30,575 nucleotides of DNA, from IMG/VR virus record IMGVR_UViG_3300032280_000594. The stretch is one strand, 5' to 3'. Shown here piece after piece: positions 30,359 to 30,575 of the stretch. How positions within the stretch are numbered: the first letter of the stretch is position 1; each line of letters starts with the position of its first letter. The notes beneath the pieces were generated by a model, which searched no databases, was not told the origin of the DNA, and saw only the letters and a list, made by a program, of their open reading frames with translations. The stretch is from a virus (Duplodnaviria; Heunggongvirae; Uroviricota; Caudoviricetes). A program made the translations under genes and the position numbers.

Positions 30359-30575
30359 ATGGGATTTACTTACAGACAAGGAAATGAAGAAAGATTATCT
30401 ATAGCACAAATGGATAATAACTTTCTTTATGCAGAAGAACAAATAAGTTCTGCAACTGCTTCGATTGCTACTTTAAACACAAATGTTGCGTCAGCTACTG
30501 CTTCGATTGCTACTTTAAACACAAATGTTGCTGCGGCTACTGCGTCTATTGCTACTTTAAACACAAATGTTGCTG
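30359..30575 (+). CDS. probable tail-fibre/whisker coiled-coil protein, partial (runs off window end)
   Basis: Hand-translated MGFTYRQGNEERLSIAQMDNNFLYAEEQISS(ATASIATLNTNVA[SA])n; L-S-x-x-x-M-D-x-N-F resembles fibre N-terminal motif. Confidence 0.7.
   Translation, partial: MGFTYRQGNEERLSIAQMDNNFLYAEEQISSATASIATLNTNVASATASIATLNTNVAAATASIATLNTNVA
30452..30575 (+). repeat. 42-nt in-frame tandem repeat, about 3 copies (truncated by window)
   Basis: units start 30452, 30494, 30536; encode 14-aa ATASIATLNTNVA[S/A]; differences mostly at third positions. Confidence 0.9.

Noticed and set aside
1-30575. Stop-codon reassignment (TAG/TGA) as in some large phages
   Set aside because: Long genes are uninterrupted in code 11, and TAG (21369, 23332) and TGA (3362, 7095) act as normal stops
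30452-30575. 42-nt repeat as CRISPR array
   Set aside because: No spacers; repeats are contiguous, in frame and vary at third codon positions
1-30575. Eukaryotic giant-virus origin suggested by TATATA motifs, AT richness and ankyrin-like repeats
   Set aside because: Bacterial operon coupling, intrinsic terminators, TAnnTTTG promoters and TBDR/PnuC/NadR point to a Bacteroidota phage
1-30575. Bacterial chromosome origin suggested by the TBDR-pnuC-nadR operon
   Set aside because: Surroundings are dense small orphans with phage-type paralog families and a fibre-like gene, and there are no housekeeping genes; cannot be fully excluded without the flanks

Overview
Very AT-rich, gene-dense accessory region of a large (probably jumbo, T4-superfamily-like) bacteriophage that most likely infects a Bacteroidota host. 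Host evidence: TAnnTTTG -7 promoter motifs, no Shine-Dalgarno sequences, signal peptides with Gln at +1, and a Bacteroidota-type TonB-dependent receptor. Standard genetic code 11. I saw no tRNA, rRNA, CRISPR array or transposase. Recognisable genes: a three-gene TonB-dependent receptor-pnuC-nadR operon (vitamin/nicotinamide-riboside import and NAD+ synthesis), a radical SAM enzyme, an R2K-type ATP-grasp ligase, a SAM-methyltransferase-like gene coupled to a PaaK/CapK-like adenylate-forming enzyme, DUF3307, a PEGA-domain membrane protein and the start of a coiled-coil fibre gene. Most 'hypothetical' genes fall into two apparently non-overlapping classes. Class A genes sit behind a TAATATATA (putative late) motif and begin with a T4 capsid-targeting-like leader (MKYxKxF(N)E). 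Class B genes mostly lie in units with host-type promoters and end in a shared R-x-x-K-[LI]-x-x-[LI]-[LG] helix; two of these look like degenerate structural-protein mimics (tail tube, prohead-protease fragment). All family calls are by-eye motif recognition, not database hits.
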